From the human T2T-CHM13v2.0 reference genome, Homo sapiens: a DNA stretch of 64,000 nt. The stretch is taken from assembly GCF_009914755.1 (NCBI RefSeq), contig NC_060931.1. One strand, given 5' to 3'. How positions within the stretch are numbered: position 1 is the first letter of the stretch; every line of letters starts with the position of its first letter. Shown one piece after another: positions 47,070 through 64,000 of this stretch. A program made the position numbers and the translations under genes. A model generated the notes under the pieces. That model had not been told where the DNA came from, made no database searches, and worked only from the letters and a program-made list of their open reading frames with translations.

Positions 47070-48054
47070 TCAAAAAATAAAAAAATAAAAAATAAAAAAC
47101 AAAAACAAAGAGCCTCTTTTCCCTCTCCCTGCCACAAAGTTGTCTTCAGTAATTTCATTCCCTTTTTTCCTGAGGGTTCACTGGGTTTCTGGGTCCCAGA
47201 AGGGGAAGTTCTCTTCAAGGTACAGAAACCACAACTCCACAGAGAACCGCAGAGACGGCAGCATGACCAGACCCTGGCCAGGTTTGGGGAGGCTGCTGGG
47301 CTGAGACTTGGGCTGAACTTCCGCTGCAGGTCGACTTATTCCCATCAGCACCAAAGCTGCTGGAGGGGGTCATCCAAAAGCAAAGGAAGCAGGGGCGCAG
47401 CTTGGAGGCTCTTTCAGAAGGTCCCACTGAGCCAAGGACTCAAAGCCTGGCCACAGCCCTCCCAAGCGAGGCCCAGATCATATTTCACCATGCTCAGAAA
47501 ACCTTGTCTGCTCATTTCAGTCCACAGTGATTTTGCTTTCTTTAGGATCTCTCTTGAACTGTCCAACCCAGAGAGTTTCAAATCGGAATGGATTCCAATG
47601 ATGGAGCTAAATCAGGCCCCACCTCAGTTTTTGAATTACAATCAATAATAGGGCTGGGTCCCAGCATCTGTATCTTAATGTTCCTCCATGTGATCCTCAT
47701 GCTGAAAGGCTGGTATTTGCAAATCCCTTTTTTTGGGGAGTGAAGGGTTTTTTTTTTTAGAGAGAGGCCTCACTCTGATGCCCAGCCTGGAATGCAGTGG
47801 TGGATCACAGCTCACTGCAGCCTTGAACCCCTGGCCGCAAGAAATCCTCCCACCTTAGCCAACCAAAGTGTTGGGATTGCAGGACTGACCACTGTGTCTG
47901 GCCAGGAAAGCCCTTCTGTTTCACTTGAATGATATTTCTGCAGCATACCTACAGCCATTGTTGTATTCAACTGCATCACTGCGGGAAAAGAAAAGGTGAG
48001 AGGTGACTGTTTTGCTTTTTTCTGAACATATCAGACCAAACCTGGGCTGTTTAG

Positions 48055-48291
<237 letters not shown>

Positions 48292-48953
48292 TGACCTCTG
48301 GTGATCTGTCTGCCTCTGCTTCTTAAAGTGGTAGGATTACAGGCATGAGCCACCGCGCCTGGTTTGCCAATTTTTTGACAACGTATCAACATCATTTACG
48401 ATGGGCACGGCCTCAGTGTAGTGTGTCTAGACAAGATGGCCGGAAGAGAGAGGAATATGCAAACCAGGCTTGAAGATGGGTTAAATCAGAGCTTTTCATT
48501 CCACAAAAGAGAAATTTCAATGGGGTCAGAACATTGATCTTCTAATATTTGAAAGCCTGTTAACTAGGAAAGAGAGAGCAAACGATTTTGTTGTAGGAGG
48601 ACCCACCCAGCTCTGACGGTTTAAAGCGTCATGAATGCGAATTTGAACTCCAGAAAAGCAGAGCTTCCTAACAATGGGACTTCCACAGCAATGGGATCGG
48701 CTTCCTCTTTCAGTGTGTGCCTTTTCTATGAGCGAGAGACTCCTAGGAAAGCAGCAGCCCATTAGGAAAACGTGTGGGAACTCACTCGCAGGTTCTTTAT
48801 TTTTTTTGAGATGGAGTTTTGCTCTTGTTGCCCAGGCTGGAGCACAATGGTGTGATCTTGGCTCCCTGCAACCTGCGCACCATGAGTTCAAGTGATTCTC
48901 CAGCGCCCTCTCCTGAGTAGCTGCGATTACAGGCATCCACCATGCCTGGCTAA

Positions 48954-49076
<123 letters not shown>

Positions 49077-49847
49077 TGAGCCCAGCCGGGAACCCACAGG
49101 TTTTTTGGATGGTCTCTGAATGTCACGTAACTCTTTCATTTTTTATCAAAAAAATTTTTTTTTACACAATATCTTGCTGTGTTGCCCAGACTGGAGTGCA
49201 GTGGCAAGATCATAGCTCACTGCAGCTTCTAACTCCTGGGCTCAAGTGATCTTCCTGTCACATGAGTCTCCCAAGTAGTTGGAACACAGGTGCCAGCCAC
49301 CACACCTGGCTAATTTGGTTTGGTTTTGTTTTTTTAGAGATGGGCTCTTGCCATGTTGCCTATACTGGTCTTGAACTGCTGGCCTCAGGCAATCTTCCTC
49401 CCTTGGCCACCCAAAGTGCTGGGATTACAAGCATGAGCCACTGTGCACAGCTGAAATTTTTTGACTTAGTCTTTTTGTACATGTGATATTTTATTCATAG
49501 AATCCATAAATGGAAGGGAAATTTCTGAGTTCAGAGCAATACATATGATACAAAACTTGATATATAGACTAGAGTTTCTTAGCCGAACTGGAGGGGCTGG
49601 CTTAGGTAATCCATGGATTCCATGAAATTGGGGACACCATTGGAAATATGTGTGAGCTCAGGGGCAGTTTCCTATGATTTTTAGGCCTCAAAATGTCTCT
49701 TGGACTCAAAATTGCCTTAGGGCAGAGGACGTGTGTACCCCCAGTATAGAATCTCGGACAGTGAATGTGAGTAAACATTCGGCAGAAAAGCTCTGCCAAA
49801 CTGAGTGCTCTGATGTGACTTTTTCATCAAGTCAGTATTCCTGGGAT

Positions 49848-49978
49848 CTCTTGTACATGATAATCTCACTCTTGCACATGATAATCTCACTCTTGCACAT
49901 GATAATCTCACTCTTGCACATGATAATCTCACTCTTGCACATGATAATCTCACTCTTGCACATGATAATCTCACTCTT
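49848..49978 (+). repeat. 21-bp minisatellite (CTCTTGCACATGATAATCTCA), about 6.2 copies
   Basis: Five identical units plus one with a single C>T, about 0.5 kb upstream of the SPDYE ATG. Confidence 0.97.
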
Positions 49979-50462
49979 ATAAGGTTTCATCGTTTCTGCT
50001 TACCCTAGTTTTCTTTCCCACTCTGTTCCCTCTCCCACCAGCCTGGACTCTGAAATGGGCATGTACAGAGACGAAGAGACCCCAACATGCTTCAGGCTTT
50101 GAGTGGAGAGGACACAGCCTCTGCTGGGACAGGGAACAGAGGGATGTGGAGTCCCTGAAGATGCTTTTGGACAATGGTCTGAGGTTGGGACAGTGGCAGG
50201 AGATACCATTCACCCAGGATCTCCAGGACAAGAGATCAGCCTGGCAGTTACATGTGTTTTTTTTCAAACTGGTTGCCAGGTTGGCATGAACGATGACATC
50301 AGAGATTCCGACCTTCCTGATTGGAGGGACCGGACTCCGTGGTGCCTGGAGATCAGTTGGACAACAGTATCTTCTCAGAGCTGTTCTCCACTCCTGACTT
50401 CTCCTAGGCTTGAGAATTGATAACATACTCTTCTGGATCCTAGCAGTGTCCAGAAGAAGGCC

Positions 50463-58361
<7,899 letters not shown>

Positions 58362-59259
58362 AGCTCCAGGGACCGTGGAGGCCTGAGGTCATCGGCCTGA
58401 GAGAAGGTACATCTGCATCCTCCGGGGTAAAGGCAGAATATTGGGGTCTATTTCGGAAATCCGAAGAACCCAATTGCTTGATCCGGCTTCAAGCCTGGGC
58501 AACGTGGTGAGATCCCCTCTCCACAAAAATACAAAAATTAGCCAGGCGATGTGGGACGCATCTCTACTCCCAACTACTCAGGAGGCTGAGGCGGGAGGAT
58601 TGCTGGAGCCTGGAAGGTTGCGGCTGCACGGAGCCCTGATCCTGCCACTGCACTCCAGTCTGGGCGACAGAGTGAGACCCTGCCTCAAAAATAATCATAA
58701 ATACTGAGTTTGGGGAGGTTCATTATGATTGACGCACTTGAGTTACTGATTTGGGTCGAGGGTTCAGTGAAGCTTTGGTTTACATCTTGTGCAGCTAACC
58801 ACGTTGAGCACAGAGCATGAGACTTCATCATGAGGAGGTAGGATTAAGGATTAGGCTTCTGGACTCGTGGTTCGTGATGTTGTCACATTAGAAACACATC
58901 TAGCATGGTTACAAGTTTAGATCTTAAGTGACACAAAAGGCCCCAGCTGTGATGAAGTCCAAAGCCACATTCTCTGAGGGTGCCCTACTCCCTGGGCAGA
59001 CCCACCCAAAGTCCTTGCTATGAAGCAGATCACTGGGGCTGACCTTGGGTGTATTAAGTGAGTTTTGGAGTCGTGGTCACCAAAATGTGAGTTTCACAGT
59101 TGAACACGATGGTTCAGAAGCAGGGTATAGAATGAAAGGCAGCAGATAAAATTGTATTTCTCAATTGCTCTGAACTCTAGACTTGACATGGGACGTGAAT
59201 AACCTTCCTGTCTAGAGAGCTGCCTCCTTGAAGTGTGACATTGTCTCTCTCACTTCCAG

Positions 59260-60740
59260 AACACCGGACCCAGGGGAGATGTGGATTTTCAGCAGGAACT
59301 TTATTCCAATGCTAATGGCAGACACCAGGAAGGAGAAGAGGAACCATTTGTGCAGATCATCTAGAAGAACCTGGACCATTCTTGATGGAGCTGAATACAG
59401 TGATCACGTGTCCTCCTGGGAGCAGGGGTGGGGGGAGGGGGGTGGGGTCCTTCTAGGAGTCCTTGGAGAAAAGTAAGAAACCAGGAGTGTTTCCAGTTCC
59501 ACCCTTTCCTGCGGCACCACCACCCTTTTTATATTGCTGAATTCCAACCTCCCTGGGGCGGAACCTGGAGGTGCTGTTTCTTACGGACTTGGTTGCCACA
59601 GTCCAGGAGCATTTGAAGGCACAATGCAGGGGCTCAGATTGGCACAGAATTCTTTTGTGAAATATCAGTGCCACAGATTGTAACAGATAGCTTCATGCAC
59701 ACTCTGCATTTTATTGGTTTGTTTGGAAAATGTTGGCCATTGAATTATTCATAGATTTATTTCAAATAGTTTGGAAATTGTTGTACTTTTGAAAACATGC
59801 TGTTCCTGTAGTTTTTTGATGAGAGTTATAGTTGTTATATATACATAAAGATAATTTTCTTTTCATTTTTAAGAGACAATTCTTTTTATCCTAAATATTT
59901 TATTATCTTTAAATTTTTTTCTGTATTATTATATGTGCTCCTGAAGCGAGCACTCTTTTTATCTATGATACTTCCATAATAATCTCTTCTATTTATAGCT
60001 ATTGGTAGTTCCCCACCAGAAAAAAACATAATTCTGGTGATAGAAATTTTTATTTGCTGTTTAGGTTTGTGACTGAATTGTGAGAATTCAGTTGTGATTT
60101 TTAACATGTCTCAGATATATATACTAACACGTCTAATATATACTATCTATTTTATTGGTTTATTTTGAAAAACATGGGTATAGAATTATTTAAATATTAT
60201 TTTATTTATTTAAATATTTATTAAATATATTTATTTATTTAAATATTATTATTACTTTAAATATTATTTTAAATATTTTGGAAATACTGGTATTTTTGAA
60301 TAGATGCTGTTTCTATAAAGCTGTGTGATGGGTATTATAACTGTTATATACACATACATATAATTTTGTTTTCCTTTTTAAGAGAGGATTCTTTTCATCC
60401 TAAATCTTTTACCTTTCAATCTTTGTATCTATTATTACACGTGCTGCTGAAGGGAGCATGTTTTTATCTATGATACTTAGTTAACATATATATTACATTT
60501 ATAGCTATGTAGTAGTTCCCCTAAATTCTTGTAAAAATAAATTTTTATTTGATATTTCATATATATTTGAAATGTGAGAATTCAGATGTAATTTTTTACC
60601 TTGTTTTGGCATGTTTGTATATTACTTTAAAGAGGATGTGTGTTCTAAAGGAGGACATGAGCTGTGTGTTTTCAAGAGAACAATAGAGTGTGTCTCTTGG
60701 GGAAACATAATAAAAATGAACTTTTCTCACCTTCACAGCA
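59260..60740 (+). other. SPDYE21: SPDYE terminal exon (3' UTR; encodes an alternative C-terminus at 59260-59364 if exon 7 is skipped)
   Basis: Acceptor tctctctcacttccag; AU-rich UTR; AATAAA at 60536 and 60709. Confidence 0.7.
60709..60714 (+). terminator. Candidate SPDYE polyadenylation signal (a second candidate lies at 60536-60541)
   Basis: AATAAA at the end of the AU-rich UTR. Confidence 0.55.
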
Positions 60741-61010
60741 ATTGTGATCATATTGGTCTGGATTGATTATTTGCTGCCCAGTGACATTTTTCCTTAATGG
60801 GGTTGTGGTTATTTGAACATATTTATTAGCTCTGGAAGATAATCCTGTGCTGTTTTTTATGTAGAAAAAAACATAAGGCTGGGTGCAGTGCTCACACCTA
60901 CAATCCCTGCAGTTTTGGAGGTCATGGCGGGAGGATCACCTGAGGCCAGGAGTTTGAGGCCAGCCTCAGCAACATAGCATCTACATCTATTTTTAATTTT
61001 TATTTTTTAA

Positions 61011-61364
<354 letters not shown>

Positions 61365-61854
61365 TAGAGTTTTAAGGCAGGAAATGAGAGAAAGATATTG
61401 AGAGAGGAAAACCAGGTGGTAAGAAAACTCTAAAGGTGGCCGGGCGTGGTGGCTCACGCCCATGATCCCAGCAGGAGTTTGAGACCAGCCTAGCCAACAT
61501 GGTGAAACCCTGTCTCTACTAAAAATACAAAAATTAGGCAGGCGTGGTGGTGCACGCCTATAATCCCAGCTATTTGGGAGGCTGAGGCAAGAGAATCACT
61601 AGCAGAGATTGTGTCTCCTCACCCCCTCTCAAAAAAAAAAAAAAAGGAAGTTCCTGCAGCAGTTAAAGCTGTGAAAGACAGGCACTCTGCCATGCAATTC
61701 TTTGTGATTTTTCTTTTTTCTTTTTGGAGTTGGGGTCTTGCACTGTCACCCAGACTGGGGTGCAGTGGTGTGGTCATAGCTCACTGCGGCCTCAAACTCA
61801 AGCTCAAGCGATCCTCTTACCTTGCCTTTCAAATTGCTGGGATTATAAGCATGA

Positions 61855-62076
<222 letters not shown>

Positions 62077-62199
62077 TAGTAGAGACGGGGTTTCACTGTG
62101 TTAGCCAGGATGGTCTCGATCTCCTGACCTCGTGATCTGCCCGCCTTGGCCTCCCAAAGTGCTAGGATTACAGGCGTGAGCCACCGCGCCCAGCCTATG

Positions 62200-62425
62200 T
62201 GATGCAATTCTGATGTCAACTCCCTGATGTTACCTCAAATGCCACAGGTTAAGGCCACCAGCCCCCACTAGGCTGCCCTCGCTTTAGACACACCTGCAGG
62301 CTTGGGTGTCCTCAGACCACATGTACTTCTCACCAACTGGCTGCAAATTTGGAGGTTCCCACCATGCCCTCAAGTTCAATAACTCACTAAAACAATTCAC
62401 AGAATGCAGAAAAGCATGATACTTT
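62200..62425 (-). mobile_element. MER21/MER77-like LTR fragment
   Basis: caattctgatg...gctgccctcgctttagac...ctcaagttcaataactcactaaaac resembles the element at 12526-14043. Confidence 0.5.
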
Positions 62426-62669
62426 CTTTCTCTTTTTTTTTTTTTTTTTTTTGAGACGGAGTCTTGCTCTGTCGCCCAGGCTGGAGTACAGTGGCCACCA
62501 TGCTTGGCTAATTTTTGTATTTGTATTAGAGACGGGATTTCGCCATGTTGGCCAGGCTGGTCTTGAACTCCTGACCTCAGGTGATCCACCCGCCTTGGCA
62601 TCCTAAAATGCTGGGATTATAGGCATAGCCACCATGCCCGGTCGACTTCTAGAGTTTCAATAACAGAGA

Positions 62670-64000
<1,331 letters not shown>

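Noticed and set aside
47170-47430. GC-richer non-repeat segment as an exon of a known gene
   Set aside because: No recognisable protein in the frames examined and no convincing splice-site pair.
49848-49978. Tandem repeat as a CRISPR-like array
   Set aside because: No unique spacers, no cas genes, and the DNA is eukaryotic.
49674-49982. ORFs with LHMIISL or RVRLSCA heptad repeats
   Set aside because: Products of a 21-bp minisatellite that lacks stops in these frames; no coding evidence.
59700-60740. Pumilio-binding elements as in Xenopus RINGO mRNA
   Set aside because: I found no exact TGTAHATA by eye; only near-matches.

Overview
Primate genomic DNA, almost certainly human; the gene order matches my recollection of chr7q11.21. 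It is very Alu-rich (about 80 Alu copies or fragments by eye) and carries many ERV1/MaLR LTRs and L1 pieces, so most entries in the ORF track are Alu artefacts. There are two real genes, both on the + strand. (1) The terminal coding exon and 3' UTR of the wybutosine radical-SAM enzyme TYW1 (CDS 10006-10227, AATAAA at 11190). (2) A complete, intact Speedy/RINGO-E gene with 7 coding exons (50463-58361, 402 aa when spliced), probably SPDYE21. It contains a duplicated N-terminal exon, a 75-bp coding repeat and an internally duplicated AU-rich 3' UTR. A decayed gammaretrovirus-like pol fragment (RNase H plus integrase) lies at the right end. I find no convincing new biological system. The best second-look items are: a 21-bp GATA/E-box minisatellite upstream of the SPDYE gene; an exon-skip switch of the SPDYE C-terminus sitting near the NMD boundary; an unassigned retroposed mRNA 3' end with TSDs; a human-specific AluYb8 in a tight inverted Alu pair; a MER41 LTR retaining a GAS site; and a candidate antisense micro-exon. 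Repeat subfamily names come from recall of consensus sequences, not from a search.
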